From Prevotella sp. (GTDB taxonomy: Bacteria; Bacteroidota; Bacteroidia; Bacteroidales; Dysgonomonadaceae), in contig JAITVV010000080.1 of NCBI GenBank assembly GCA_031285625.1, positions 55,902 to 119,901 of the forward strand: a stretch of DNA of 64,000 nt. The letters are read 5' to 3'. Below, piece after piece: positions 10,560 through 21,580 of this stretch (positions are counted from its first letter, which is position 1; every line of letters starts with the position of its first letter). The notes beneath the pieces were generated by a model. That model saw nothing but the letters and a program-made list of their open reading frames with translations, was not told where the DNA came from and ran no database searches. The translations under genes were made by a program, and so were the position numbers.

Positions 10560-11621
10560 ATGTTTGTAGTAAATGGCAGATATTTGACCCAGAAAGCGAC
10601 AGGTGTTCATCGTTATGCGTTTGAAATATGCAACAAATTGCATGAGATGGGAGTTGACTTTCATGTAGCTATACCGCAAGAGATAGACCCCGGTTATAAG
10701 ATTGCATTCAAGACGGTAAAATGCGGGTCGTTGAATACACATATGTGGGAACAAATATCTCTGCCTCGTTATCTGAAAAGTATTGGTTCTCCATTACTGA
10801 TTAGCTTCACGGGCTGTGGGCCGCTGAACTATGATAATCAGATAATGACAATTCACGATGTCTCTCACGAACGTTACCCCCAGTGGTTTTCGAAGAACTA
10901 TTACCGGTTTTACCATTTTATGATGCCCCGTATAGGGAGAAAAGCACATGCAGTACTTACTGTAAGTGAATTTTCGAAAGATGAAATCGTGGATACTCTT
11001 GGGCTTGATAAGGATAAAATACATGTAATACATAGTAATGTACCTTTTCATAATAAACCGTCGAAAGATGAGATTTTAAACTTTCGTCGTGACCCTGATG
11101 CCGAAAGATATATCATTGCTGTATCATCTATGGATCCCCGTAAAAACTTTGTACGTCTGGTTGAAGCTTTTGATAAGATTGAAGATAAGTCTGTTAAATT
11201 ATATATAATTGGAATGTCCTTTAAGGCATTCAATACCCCTGATTTGCAGAAGCTGATAAACGAAAGAGTGCATTTACCAGGATATATCCCCGACGAAGCA
11301 TTACAGACAATGTATCAAAATGCATTATTGTCGGTATACCCTTCATTATATGAGGGATTTGGATTGCCACCATTGGAGTCGATGACTTATGGTTGTCCGG
11401 CGATTAATTCTAGTATTCCTGCATTGCGTGAGGTAAGTGAAGATGCGGCATTGTACGTCGATCCGTATGACGTTGAAGATATGACAATAAAAATAAACCA
11501 GTTGTTAGAAGATGAATCTTTGAGGCAGGCGCTGCGTTTAAGAGGCTTGGAACAGATTAAGAAATACTCATGGGACAAATCTGCCAAGCAGGTATATGAA
11601 TTAGCACAACGATTTATGTAA
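10560..11621 (+). CDS. GT4-family glycosyltransferase
   Basis: TGVHRY, TIHD, RKN, YEGFGLPPLES. Confidence 0.9.
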   Translation: MFVVNGRYLTQKATGVHRYAFEICNKLHEMGVDFHVAIPQEIDPGYKIAFKTVKCGSLNTHMWEQISLPRYLKSIGSPLLISFTGCGPLNYDNQIMTIHDVSHERYPQWFSKNYYRFYHFMMPRIGRKAHAVLTVSEFSKDEIVDTLGLDKDKIHVIHSNVPFHNKPSKDEILNFRRDPDAERYIIAVSSMDPRKNFVRLVEAFDKIEDKSVKLYIIGMSFKAFNTPDLQKLINERVHLPGYIPDEALQTMYQNALLSVYPSLYEGFGLPPLESMTYGCPAINSSIPALREVSEDAALYVDPYDVEDMTIKINQLLEDESLRQALRLRGLEQIKKYSWDKSAKQVYELAQRFM

Positions 11622-11814
11622 ACCGTTGATCCTGTGATCTAATCTTTTGCTTTATAGTTATCGCAAGCGATATGATCAATAAGATTACTGAAGCTGCAAA
11701 GCATACATACCCCAATGTCTTATTCGAATCAAAATTGAGTAGCCCTATTGATGTAAGCAACATAGCAGAAGGTACAAGGGCATACGTGATTGTAAATGGC
11801 TTAGACGATTTCAT
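11614..11814 (-). CDS. Small two-TM membrane protein
   Basis: 66 aa with two clear hydrophobic helices and a basic tail; convergent with the glycan operon. Confidence 0.5.
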   Translation of the reverse strand: MKSSKPFTITYALVPSAMLLTSIGLLNFDSNKTLGYVCFAASVILLIISLAITIKQKIRSQDQRFT

Positions 11815-12339
11815 TTTCTTTGTATTTTTTGTGTTCTACTTATTAGATGCAATTTTTAGTGAAAAGCTTCAAAAATAAATTTATTTTATGATAATTTAAC
11901 TTTTATTGACTTTTTGAAGTGTGAAATAATTAATCTAAAAAATAGATAACAGTTTGGAAATCTATATATCTTCTGTATAATAAAAACATCTGACACACGC
12001 TTTTAGTTCATCATTTATATCCTTTTAATTGTTAAGTTTTTGTGTATTTAAATAAAAACACTATTTTTAACTTATTGCATTGTTCTTAATGAACGTAATT
12101 ATTGTTAACTTGTTTACCTAATAAGACCCGGAATCTTGATAAATAAATGGATGTAGAATTGTTTACCATGTGATAAATCATTTTACTTTTTGACTAAATT
12201 GGTATTCCTTTTGCTTTGAAAATCCCTTTATTTAATCTACTTTTGCATGACAATAGAAAAAAACGATACCATATGGTTATTTTCTATGATTATCAGCTAT
12301 TAATTAACTATTCTAAATAACTAAAAACAAATTTAATTT

Positions 12340-13014
12340 ATGAGTTGGTTACTTAAATCTTCTATTGGCCGAAAGTTTATTATGGCTTTGTCCGGCTGTT
12401 GTATGGTTTTGTTCCTGCTGTTTCACATGTCGATGAACTTGGTTTTGGTATTTTCCGCCGAAGCTTATGACATGATATGTGAGTTTTTGGGAACTAATTG
12501 GTATGCTATCGTCGGAACAATGGGGTTGGCAGCTTTATTTTTGGTGCATATTATATATGCAATCATACTGACGTTGCAAAACAGAAAGGCCAGAGGAGCT
12601 GATTCTTACGCTTCATCAAGCCTTAGCGACGCTACATGGTCTTCCAAGAACATGTTCGTTCTGGGTGTGGTTATCCTTGCCTTCCTGGGCTTACATCTTT
12701 ACGATTTCTGGTACAAGATGCAGTTCTCTGAACTTCTTCATCTGCCGGGTGCAGAATCCAAGGGATCGGTAATTGCATTGGCTCTGTTCAAAAATCCGGT
12801 GCATGTAATTCTTTACCTGATAGGTATTGCTGCTGTATGGGTGCATCTATCTCATGGTGTTTGGAGTATGTTCCAATCTACAGGTCTTAACGGTCGTACA
12901 TGGGCTCCTCGTCTTAAGGTGATTGGATATGTGGTTGCTACGATTATCGCAGTAGGATTTGCTATTGTTCCGATCTATTGTTTGGCAAGAGCATATTTAT
13001 GTCCTTTTGCTTAA
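12340..13014 (+). CDS. sdhC: Succinate dehydrogenase/fumarate reductase cytochrome b subunit
   Basis: SSIGRKFIMALSG, heme-ligating His residues in TM helices, first gene of sdhCAB. Confidence 0.92.
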   Translation: MSWLLKSSIGRKFIMALSGCCMVLFLLFHMSMNLVLVFSAEAYDMICEFLGTNWYAIVGTMGLAALFLVHIIYAIILTLQNRKARGADSYASSSLSDATWSSKNMFVLGVVILAFLGLHLYDFWYKMQFSELLHLPGAESKGSVIALALFKNPVHVILYLIGIAAVWVHLSHGVWSMFQSTGLNGRTWAPRLKVIGYVVATIIAVGFAIVPIYCLARAYLCPFA

Positions 13015-13060
13015 GTTAGGCACTGATTATTTTTGTTAAAGATTAAAAGAAAAAACAGAT

Positions 13061-15019
13061 ATGAGTACTATACTAGATCCAAAAAAAGATTCAAAAATAC
13101 CTGAAGGACCATTGGCAGAAAAATGGACTAACTACAAGGATCATCAGAAATTGGTGAACCCTGCAAATAAACGTCGTCTCGATGTTATCGTGGTTGGTAC
13201 TGGCCTTGCCGGAGCTTCAGCCGCCGCTTCTCTGGGAGAAATGGGCTTCAATGTGCTGAACTTCTGTATTCAGGATTCACCTCGTCGTGCACACTCTATT
13301 GCGGCACAAGGAGGTATTAATGCTGCAAAAAATTATCAAAATGATGGTGACTCTGTTTACCGTCTGTTCTATGATACAATTAAAGGTGGTGACTACCGTG
13401 CACGTGAGGCTAACGTATATCGTTTGGCTGAAGTAGCTAACAGTATCATCGACCAGTGTGTTGCACAAGGTGTTCCGTTTGCTCGTGAATATGGTGGTTT
13501 ACTTGATAACCGTTCATTTGGTGGAGCTCAGGTTTCACGTACATTCTATGCAAAAGGACAAACAGGACAACAATTATTGTTAGGGGCTTATTCAGCATTG
13601 AGCCGTCAGGTAAACAAAGGAAGTGTAAAACTTTACACTCGCTACGAAATGCTTGATGTTGTTATCGTTGATGGACGCGCCCGTGGTATTATTGCCCGCA
13701 ATCTGGTAACAGGTCAGTTGGAACGTTTTGCCGCTCATGCAGTAGTAATTGCAACAGGCGGTTATGGAAATACATTCTTCCTTTCTACCAATGCAATGGG
13801 TTCGAATGGTTCTGCTGCTATCCAGGCATACAAGAAAGGCGCTTATTTTGCAAATCCTTGTTATGCTCAGATTCACCCTACATGTATTCCTGTTCATGGT
13901 GAATTCCAGTCGAAATTAACTTTGATGTCAGAATCTCTTCGTAATGATGGCCGTATCTGGGTTCCTAAGAAAATAGAAGATTCGGAAGCTATCCGTGCAG
14001 GAAAACTGAAACCAACTCAAATAAAAGAAGAAGACAGAGATTACTATCTGGAAAGACGTTACCCTGCATTTGGTAACCTTGTGCCTCGTGACGTAGCTTC
14101 ACGTGCTGCTAAAGAAAGATGTGATGCCGGTTATGGTGTAGGCTCTACAGGTCTTGCTGTTTATCTTGACTTTAGCGATGCTATCAAACGTCTTGGTAAA
14201 GATGTGGTAGAGGCTAAATATGGTAACCTGTTCCAGATGTATGACAAAATTGTAGACGAGAATCCATACGAAACTCCGATGATGATCTATCCGGCTATCC
14301 ACTATACAATGGGTGGTATATGGGTTGATTATGAGTTGATGACCTCTATCAAAGGTTTGTTTGCTCTTGGTGAAGCTAACTTCTCTGACCACGGAGCTAA
14401 CCGCCTTGGAGCATCTGCTTTGATGCAGGGATTGGCTGATGGATATTTCGTATTGCCTTATACTATCCAGAATTATCTGGCCGATCAGATTACTGTTCCT
14501 CGCTTCAGTACTGATCTTCCTGAATTTGTACAAACAGAAAATGAGATCAAAGAAAAGGTTTCTAAATTGATGAACATCAAAGGTAACCGTTCTGTAGACT
14601 CTATCCATAAGCAACTTGGTCTTATTATGTGGGACTTTGTTGGTATGGCCCGTACAAAAGAATCTCTTGAAAAAGCGATTGAGGAATTAAAGGTTGTGAA
14701 AAAAGAATTCTGGTCTAACGTTCGTATTCCGGGTGATGCTTCCGACTTGAATACAGAGTTGGAAAAAGCATTACGTTTAGCTGACTTTATCGAAATCGGT
14801 TTATTGATGGCATATGACGGACTGAATCGTAATGAGTCTTGCGGAGGACACTTCCGTGAAGAATATCAAACTCCTGAAGGTGAAGCGATGCGCGACGATG
14901 AGCATTATTCTTATGTTGCATGTTGGAAGTTTACAGGAGAAGATTCTGCTCCTGAACTTGTAAAAGAACCTCTTGATTATGAGTTCGTAGTAAGACAACA
15001 ACGTAATTACAAGGCATAA
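13061..15019 (+). CDS. sdhA: Succinate dehydrogenase/fumarate reductase flavoprotein
   Basis: [42 protein letters not shown]. Confidence 0.97.
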   Translation: MSTILDPKKDSKIPEGPLAEKWTNYKDHQKLVNPANKRRLDVIVVGTGLAGASAAASLGEMGFNVLNFCIQDSPRRAHSIAAQGGINAAKNYQNDGDSVYRLFYDTIKGGDYRAREANVYRLAEVANSIIDQCVAQGVPFAREYGGLLDNRSFGGAQVSRTFYAKGQTGQQLLLGAYSALSRQVNKGSVKLYTRYEMLDVVIVDGRARGIIARNLVTGQLERFAAHAVVIATGGYGNTFFLSTNAMGSNGSAAIQAYKKGAYFANPCYAQIHPTCIPVHGEFQSKLTLMSESLRNDGRIWVPKKIEDSEAIRAGKLKPTQIKEEDRDYYLERRYPAFGNLVPRDVASRAAKERCDAGYGVGSTGLAVYLDFSDAIKRLGKDVVEAKYGNLFQMYDKIVDENPYETPMMIYPAIHYTMGGIWVDYELMTSIKGLFALGEANFSDHGANRLGASALMQGLADGYFVLPYTIQNYLADQITVPRFSTDLPEFVQTENEIKEKVSKLMNIKGNRSVDSIHKQLGLIMWDFVGMARTKESLEKAIEELKVVKKEFWSNVRIPGDASDLNTELEKALRLADFIEIGLLMAYDGLNRNESCGGHFREEYQTPEGEAMRDDEHYSYVACWKFTGEDSAPELVKEPLDYEFVVRQQRNYKA

Positions 15020-15030
15020 AATAAACGACG

Positions 15031-15786
15031 ATGGAAAAATTAATAAATATAACATTAAAAATTTGGCGTCAAAGAGGTCCTAAAGAAAAAGGAGCCTTTG
15101 AAACATATCCACTTAATGGTGTTTCTACAGAAAGTTCATTTCTAGAAATGCTTGATATATTGAATGAAAACCTAATCAATGAAGGTAAAGAGCCTGTAGT
15201 ATTTGATCATGACTGTCGTGAAGGTATCTGCGGTATGTGTAGCCTTTATATAAACGGCCATCCTCATGGACCGGATGAAGATATAACTACCTGTCAGCTG
15301 CATATGCGTAAATTTAAAGATGGTGAAATTATCACTATCGAACCATGGCGTTCAGCAGGATTTCCTGTTATTCGCGACCTTATGGTTGACCGTAATGCAT
15401 TTGATAAAATTATACAAGCCGGAGGTTATGTAAGTGTAAACACTGGTGGTATACCAGATGCAAATGCTATACCTATTCCTAAGGTTGACGCAGATGAAGC
15501 TATGGACTCTGCATCATGTATTGGTTGCGGTGCCTGTGTTGCTGCTTGTAAAAATGGTTCGGCTATGTTGTTCCTTTCAGCAAAGGTTAGTCAGTTGGCG
15601 CTTCTTCCTCAAGGACGTGTTGAAGCTACCCGTCGTGCTAAAGCGATGGTTGCTAAAATGGATGAACTTGGATTCGGTAACTGTACAAATACAGGAGCAT
15701 GTGAGGTAGAATGCCCTAAGAACGTTTCGATAAGCAATATTGCACGTCTGAACCGTGAATTCCTGAAAGCTAAATTCAGAGATTAA
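15031..15786 (+). CDS. sdhB: Succinate dehydrogenase/fumarate reductase Fe-S subunit
   Basis: [32 protein letters not shown]. Confidence 0.97.
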   Translation: MEKLINITLKIWRQRGPKEKGAFETYPLNGVSTESSFLEMLDILNENLINEGKEPVVFDHDCREGICGMCSLYINGHPHGPDEDITTCQLHMRKFKDGEIITIEPWRSAGFPVIRDLMVDRNAFDKIIQAGGYVSVNTGGIPDANAIPIPKVDADEAMDSASCIGCGACVAACKNGSAMLFLSAKVSQLALLPQGRVEATRRAKAMVAKMDELGFGNCTNTGACEVECPKNVSISNIARLNREFLKAKFRD

Positions 15787-15802
15787 GAACAATCTTATTA
15801 TA

Positions 15803-15843
15803 ATAAAAGGTGGCTATTACAAATAGTCACCTTTTTATTTTTT
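15803..15843 (+). terminator. Intrinsic terminator of sdhCAB
   Basis: AAAAGGTGGCTATT-ACA-AATAGTCACCTTTT then T-rich. Confidence 0.8.
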
Positions 15844-16015
15844 AATATGGAGCTATAACTAACTCTTTTTCATTGAAGATGCTGATATATCCTTTTGCCC
15901 ATAACTTAAAGTAATTGAAGTATTCTATCTGTGTCATATGGTTGTTGTATTAAAATGCATAAGCAAATATATCCAATCTGCACAAAATCTGTTATATATT
16001 TGTAAAAAAATAGTT

Positions 16016-16936
16016 ATGTCATTAAAATACGCAGTTATAGGAACCGGTGCCATTGGAGGATACTATGGCGGGAAATTAGCCAGAGCAGGAAAAGATGTTC
16101 ATTTCTTATTTCATTCTGATTATGAATATGTGAAGAGGCATGGTTTGAAAATTGATTCTGTAAACGGAGATTTTAGCCTTTCTTCTGTAAATGCCTATAA
16201 TAATACGATTGACATGCCTAAATGTGATATTGTATTAGTGTGTCTGAAGTCAACAAATAACCATTTGCTGAAAGACTTACTAGCTCCTGTTCTTCATAAA
16301 GAGACTTTGGTAATTCTTATTCAAAATGGACTAGGGTTGGAAGAAGACCTTCAAAAAGATCTTCCCCGATTATATATTGCGGGAGGATTAGCCTTTATAT
16401 GCTCTAATAAGGTAGGGGAGGGGCATATTGCCCACCTCGACTATGGAAAGCTTAATATCGGCTCTTATTCATGCTCTGATCCGGTTTTAATAGATACTGT
16501 GGTTACCGATTTTCAGCAAGCTGGTATTGAAGCAAAGAATGTGGACTTGAAGGAGGCTCGCTGGATGAAGTTAGTATGGAATATTCCTTATAACGGAATG
16601 ACTGTGGTTTTGAATACTACTACTGATAAACTGATGAATAATCCCGATACTCAGGGTTTATTGTATGAGATGATGCTGGAAGTGATCAGGGCTGCTAATA
16701 GTACCGGATTGAGGCATGATATAGATGAATCATATGCAGATGAAATGATTGAGATGACGAAGGCAATGACTCCGTATTCTCCGAGTATGAAACTGGACTT
16801 TGACTCTCTTCGCCCATTAGAGATAGAATATATTTATAGCCGTCCTGTAGAAGTCGCTAAAAGATCTGGTTTTGAAATGGCTCGCGTGTCAATGCTCGAA
16901 AAGCAATTGAAGTTTATAGAATCCAACTATAAGTAA
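16016..16936 (+). CDS. panE: 2-dehydropantoate 2-reductase (ketopantoate reductase family)
   Basis: GTGAIGGYYG, QNG, WMKLVWN, SMKLD, LEIE. Start moved to ATG 16016 (MSLKYAVIG). Confidence 0.85.
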   Translation: MSLKYAVIGTGAIGGYYGGKLARAGKDVHFLFHSDYEYVKRHGLKIDSVNGDFSLSSVNAYNNTIDMPKCDIVLVCLKSTNNHLLKDLLAPVLHKETLVILIQNGLGLEEDLQKDLPRLYIAGGLAFICSNKVGEGHIAHLDYGKLNIGSYSCSDPVLIDTVVTDFQQAGIEAKNVDLKEARWMKLVWNIPYNGMTVVLNTTTDKLMNNPDTQGLLYEMMLEVIRAANSTGLRHDIDESYADEMIEMTKAMTPYSPSMKLDFDSLRPLEIEYIYSRPVEVAKRSGFEMARVSMLEKQLKFIESNYK

Positions 16937-16953
16937 ATATTACTACTATCCAT

Positions 16954-16992
16954 AACAAAATAAGCGTAGAGAAACTCTACGCTTATTTTGTT
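16954..16992. terminator. Bidirectional terminator
   Basis: Perfect inverted repeat AACAAAATAAGCGTAGAG-AAA-CTCTACGCTTATTTTGTT between convergent genes. Confidence 0.85.
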
Positions 16993-17011
16993 CTTTCTAT
17001 TGTATAGTATT

Positions 17012-17662
17012 TTATGGATTGATCAAGAACAATACTGCACGGTTCTTGTCATTCTCTAATTGGAATGGTTGTAACCCGTCTCCTTTCCAGTTAACGGATA
17101 TCCTGCTTTTCGCAATTCCATATTTTGTTTCCAGTGCTTTAGCAACCTCATTAGAACGTTGCTGTGACAGTTTCAGATTGATAGCAGCAGTACCTGTTTT
17201 CTTGTCTGCATATCCTGTAACAACTACAGTTGATCCCGGATTTTCGTTTAGGTAATTAACAGCCAATTCGATCTTGGACCATTCTGATGCATCGATAACA
17301 TATTTGTTGATACGGAAGAATACAGGATCTGGCAAGAAGAATGGGTCACGTTTTACCGGAGCAATCACTGGATCTGGATTCTTGATTGTATTAGGTGTAT
17401 GCGAAATTGGAGGTGTGTCTTTTACTGGTCCGCATAATACAGGAATATTATCAGGGCATCCAAAATATTTTTTTCTTTTTGTTGCAGGGTTTGACAAAAC
17501 TATCGTCTTTCCAGGAGTGTCACTTCTTAAAATAGTAATGCGATCATCACTAATTAATTGTACAGTCGTAGAGTCTTTTGCAGTTGAAGTGATAATTTGC
17601 GCTTTCACAGGAAATACAAATAATCCCAGAAGCAGAAGTGAAAATAAAAATCTTATGTTCAT
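17012..17662 (-). CDS. OmpA-like peptidoglycan-binding protein
   Basis: Signal peptide, Pro-rich linker, VFFRIN...GYAD...NLKLSQQR...NR OmpA_C motifs. Confidence 0.85.
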   Translation of the reverse strand: MNIRFLFSLLLLGLFVFPVKAQIITSTAKDSTTVQLISDDRITILRSDTPGKTIVLSNPATKRKKYFGCPDNIPVLCGPVKDTPPISHTPNTIKNPDPVIAPVKRDPFFLPDPVFFRINKYVIDASEWSKIELAVNYLNENPGSTVVVTGYADKKTGTAAINLKLSQQRSNEVAKALETKYGIAKSRISVNWKGDGLQPFQLENDKNRAVLFLINP

Positions 17663-17883
17663 AACAATATTCTTGGTGTTAAGGTAAATACCTATATACT
17701 CATATTAAAGTACAAATTTAATACATTTCTTATATTATTATCTATTTTTTTAGGAAAAGATTTGCAGAAACTGAAAAATAGCAAAGAATATCCCTGTATT
17801 TTATTCGATTTACAAATTGTTGTGGCTTTTTATCTTTTATAAGTAAACTGTTTTAACTTTGAAACTCGAATTTAAAATATAGA

Positions 17884-19335
17884 ATGAAAAGAACATTGAT
17901 TGAAATAAAAAATGCTGTTCCCCGGCTTGATAATTTTAGGTTTTGCAAACCTATCGACTGGTCGGTAAAAGAGGGAGAGCATTGGGCCATTGTAGGATCG
18001 AACGGAGGAGGTAAAACGCTTCTTACTGATATCTTATTAGGAAAGTTTGCATTAAAAAGTGGAGAGGTTATTTGCAAAGGTAGTAAAGGTGAAGTTTTGC
18101 CTGTTTCATCTGTGGTGAAGAGTGTTGCTTTCCGTGATATATATGGTATTATAGATACACAAAACAGTTATTATCAACAAAGATGGAATAAGGGAGATGA
18201 ACAGGATGTGCCTTTAGTTAAAGAACTTGTCTTGAATGCCGATCCTCAGTGGTTAAACACGTTGATTGAATGGTTTGGTATAGAGGAACTGATGAACAAA
18301 GAGGTGAATATGCTGTCGAGTGGGGAGTTGCGCAAATTTTTGATTGTACGCTCACTATTAACCAAACCTCGTATTCTGATACTTGATAATCCTTTTATCG
18401 GGTTAGATGCTGCCTCACGCACTGTATTGAATGAACTGTTGGTGCGTCTTTCCGAGCTGGATAACCTGCAAATTGTTTTGGTGCTATCCAATCCATCCGA
18501 TATTCCCGAAATGGTCACAGATGTTTTGTCAGTTAAGGATAAGACTATATGTTCGTCTTTATCCCGTCAGGATTTCATAAATGATAAACTGCTGGTTGAG
18601 GAATTATTTCCAAACGTTGAAGTTGGAAAATTAGACTCATTAAAGAATAGTGAAAAGAATGATTTTACTTTCGAAAATGCTGCCGTTTTAAAAAATATCC
18701 ATATAAAATATGGTGCACGCACAATACTGAAAGGTCTGGACTGGACAGTAAAGAATGGCGATAAGTGGGCATTGTTGGGGGTAAACGGATCCGGGAAGTC
18801 TACACTATTGAGCCTTATTTGTGGAGATAATCCTCAAGCTTATGCTAATGACATAACTCTTTTTGACCGTAAGCGGGGTACAGGAGAGAGTATCTGGGAT
18901 ATAAAAAAGCGTATTGGGTATATTTCGCCGGAGATGCACTTGTATTATTTGAAAAACGTGAAGTGCCTTGATGTTGTCGGTTCAGGTTTTTTTGATACAA
19001 TTGGTCTGTATCGGAAATGTAATAGCGAGCAGGAAGAAATTGCACTGCAGTGGATGGAGTTATTCCGGATAGAGCACCTGAAGGATACATCTTTCTTAAA
19101 TATATCATCGGGAGAACAACGCCTGGTACTTTTGGCGCGGGTTTTTGTGAAAAATCCGGATTTATTGATTCTTGATGAACCTCTGCATGGGCTTGATATT
19201 ATTAATAAAAAAAGAGTGAAAGAAATAATCGAAAAGTTCTGTGGAAAAGATAAATCTCTGATATATGTTACGCATTATGAAAATGAGATACCCGATATCG
19301 TTGATAAACGGATGATTTTAGTAAAAAATGAGTAG
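17884..19335 (+). CDS. ModF-like ABC ATPase with two nucleotide-binding domains
   Basis: Two Walker A (GSNGGGKT, GVNGSGKS), SSGE signatures, LDNP and LDEP. Confidence 0.85.
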   Translation: MKRTLIEIKNAVPRLDNFRFCKPIDWSVKEGEHWAIVGSNGGGKTLLTDILLGKFALKSGEVICKGSKGEVLPVSSVVKSVAFRDIYGIIDTQNSYYQQRWNKGDEQDVPLVKELVLNADPQWLNTLIEWFGIEELMNKEVNMLSSGELRKFLIVRSLLTKPRILILDNPFIGLDAASRTVLNELLVRLSELDNLQIVLVLSNPSDIPEMVTDVLSVKDKTICSSLSRQDFINDKLLVEELFPNVEVGKLDSLKNSEKNDFTFENAAVLKNIHIKYGARTILKGLDWTVKNGDKWALLGVNGSGKSTLLSLICGDNPQAYANDITLFDRKRGTGESIWDIKKRIGYISPEMHLYYLKNVKCLDVVGSGFFDTIGLYRKCNSEQEEIALQWMELFRIEHLKDTSFLNISSGEQRLVLLARVFVKNPDLLILDEPLHGLDIINKKRVKEIIEKFCGKDKSLIYVTHYENEIPDIVDKRMILVKNE

Positions 19336-19483
19336 GCTTTAAACATAAAAGAAGATTTGTTGTTTTAAGAAATAATTGCATGATCAGTATAAAAAGGGGT
19401 AGTTTATATATCCCTTTTATGTTTTTATATGTAGATAATGAAAAAATTATTATTTTTGAATTAGAAATAAAAATAACAATTAA

Positions 19484-20035
19484 ATGGTATTTCGTTTTTT
19501 ACTTTTATCAGACGAAGTTGAAGACTTCAAACGTGAGATTCAAATTAGTGCAGATGCTACATTTTTTGATCTGCATAAAGCTATCATAAAGTCAGTAGGC
19601 TATAAGGATGGAGAAATGACTTCGTTTTTCCTGTGCAGCGATGATTGGGAAAAAGAGCAGGAAATTACTCTTGTAGAAATGGACACAAGTTCGGATGAGG
19701 ATTCATATACTATGGATGCTACAGTCTTGAATGATTTTCTTGAGGATGAAAGACAAAAGCTAATGTATGTATTCGACTATCTAACCGAGCGTGCATTTTT
19801 TATGGAGCTGCGCGAAATCATTACAGGTACGAATCTACCGGAAGCTGTTTGTACAAAATCTATAGGCGATGCACCGGCCCAGTTTGTCGATTTCGACACC
19901 GTTTCGGCAACGACTACTTCTCTGGATACCGGAGAAAGTTTTTATGGAGATGAAAGCTATGATATGAATGAACTCGATGCTGAAGGATTTGACGGATTAG
20001 ATGACGTTCAGTTACCAAGCGACGAAGAGTATTGA
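19484..20035 (+). CDS. Conserved protein, pRiA4b ORF-3-like family, with acidic tail
   Basis: REIQI...TFFDLH...YVFDY pattern; conserved position upstream of miaA in Bacteroidota (recalled). Confidence 0.6.
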   Translation: MVFRFLLLSDEVEDFKREIQISADATFFDLHKAIIKSVGYKDGEMTSFFLCSDDWEKEQEITLVEMDTSSDEDSYTMDATVLNDFLEDERQKLMYVFDYLTERAFFMELREIITGTNLPEAVCTKSIGDAPAQFVDFDTVSATTTSLDTGESFYGDESYDMNELDAEGFDGLDDVQLPSDEEY

Positions 20036-20943
20036 TGAAACGCCTGATAGTACTGCTTGGACCTACAGGTGTAGGAAAAACAGCACTTAGTCTTAACCTG
20101 GCTGAACATTATCACTCTACGATAATCTCGGCTGATTCACGACAATTTTATAAAGGACTTGAAATTGGTACTGCTGCACCTACAGCAGATCAGTTGTTGC
20201 GCGTACCCCATTATCTGGTGGGTATGCTCGATATAAATGATTATTATAGCGCGAGCGAATTTGAGCGTGATGCCCTGAATATAATAGACGATCTGCATAA
20301 AAAACATGATGTTGTAATTGCTTCCGGTGGTTCTATGATGTATATCGATGCCTTGTGCAATGGTATAGATGATGTGCCTACCATCGATGAAAATCTGAGG
20401 AAGGAACTGTTTCAACTATATGAGCAGGAAGGACTAGAGCCTATACGTGCACAGCTAAAAGTACTTGATCCTGTATTTTATGATGAAGTCGATCTTAAGA
20501 ATCATAAACGTGTAATCCATGCGCTCGAAGTTTGCCTGATGACAGGGAAGCCGTATTCTTCTTTCAGGACAAAAACGAAGAAAGAGCGTCCTTTCCAGAT
20601 TATTAAAGTAGGGTTGATGCGTGATAGGGAAGAGCTATATGACCGTATTAATAAGCGCACCGATGAAATGATGGATTTGGGATTTCTGAAAGAGGCTGAG
20701 AAGTTTTATCCGCAACGACACCTGAACTCTCTGAATACTGTAGGATATAAAGAACTATTTAAGTATCTGGATGGTGAGTGGACATTAGACTTTGCAATAG
20801 AGAAGATCAAACAGAGCACGCGTATCTATTCCCGTAAGCAAATGACATGGTTTAAGCGGGATAAAGAGATTTATTGGATAAACTTATCGGAAGTTAGCGA
20901 GTCCGAAGCGTTAAAAAAAATAATATCTATTAGTGGTTGTTAA
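20035..20943 (+). CDS. miaA: tRNA dimethylallyltransferase
   Basis: [30 protein letters not shown]. Confidence 0.95.
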   Translation: MKRLIVLLGPTGVGKTALSLNLAEHYHSTIISADSRQFYKGLEIGTAAPTADQLLRVPHYLVGMLDINDYYSASEFERDALNIIDDLHKKHDVVIASGGSMMYIDALCNGIDDVPTIDENLRKELFQLYEQEGLEPIRAQLKVLDPVFYDEVDLKNHKRVIHALEVCLMTGKPYSSFRTKTKKERPFQIIKVGLMRDREELYDRINKRTDEMMDLGFLKEAEKFYPQRHLNSLNTVGYKELFKYLDGEWTLDFAIEKIKQSTRIYSRKQMTWFKRDKEIYWINLSEVSESEALKKIISISGC

Positions 20944-21013
20944 CAAAACTAACCGTTTAGTTGTTTAAAAAGAACATATTCCATATTTTTAGCAAAATTT
21001 TAAAATTTATTAT

Positions 21014-21511
21014 ATGAAAACAAAGCTATACAAGTATTTAATAATCTCTTTGGTTACTGTATTTGGAATCACTGGTTTTACTAGTTGTGGGGATGATATT
21101 ACAGAACAGTATTATGTTGGTTCAGAGGTAATAACAAGGGATATTCAAATAAAAAAGAGCGAATGGGGTTGGAATAGTGTTTATAACCGTTATGAATGTA
21201 CTATAGGAATACCTGAAATAGATGAAAGGTTGTATGAGTATGGTACAATAGCTGGAACTATATTTGTAACAGAAGAAACAGAAAAAGGAGAAACATATGA
21301 AGTTCAAAAAAATCTACCTTTTGTACAAGCGTATAAAAACTTAACTACTCCATATACTGAATATATAGGTTTTGATATATTTTATGGAAATGGAACTAAT
21401 CCGTCTGTAACTTTTTATATACAAACATCAGATGGTTTGTCGACAACTCCTTTTATCCCAGATGTATATTATTTTAAGTTAGCTTTAATATGGGATAGTG
21501 AGACAGCTTAA
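21014..21511 (+). CDS. Hypothetical lipoprotein
   Basis: Lipobox FTSC followed by acidic GDD. Confidence 0.75.
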   Translation: MKTKLYKYLIISLVTVFGITGFTSCGDDITEQYYVGSEVITRDIQIKKSEWGWNSVYNRYECTIGIPEIDERLYEYGTIAGTIFVTEETEKGETYEVQKNLPFVQAYKNLTTPYTEYIGFDIFYGNGTNPSVTFYIQTSDGLSTTPFIPDVYYFKLALIWDSETA

Positions 21512-21534
21512 TTAAATAAAAAATATCATAAATG

Positions 21535-21567
21535 AAAAACAGACATCGTTCGATGTCTGTTTTTTTT
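21535..21567 (+). terminator. Intrinsic terminator
   Basis: AAAAACAGACATCG-TT-CGATGTCTGTTTTTTTT. Confidence 0.8.
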
Positions 21568-21580
21568 ATACCTTTAATTT

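Noticed and set aside
11672-11878. 68-aa plus-strand ORF
   Set aside because: Overlaps the more protein-like two-TM ORF on the minus strand.
13277-15792. Several overlapping or antisense ORFs within sdhAB
   Set aside because: Shadows of highly conserved genes.
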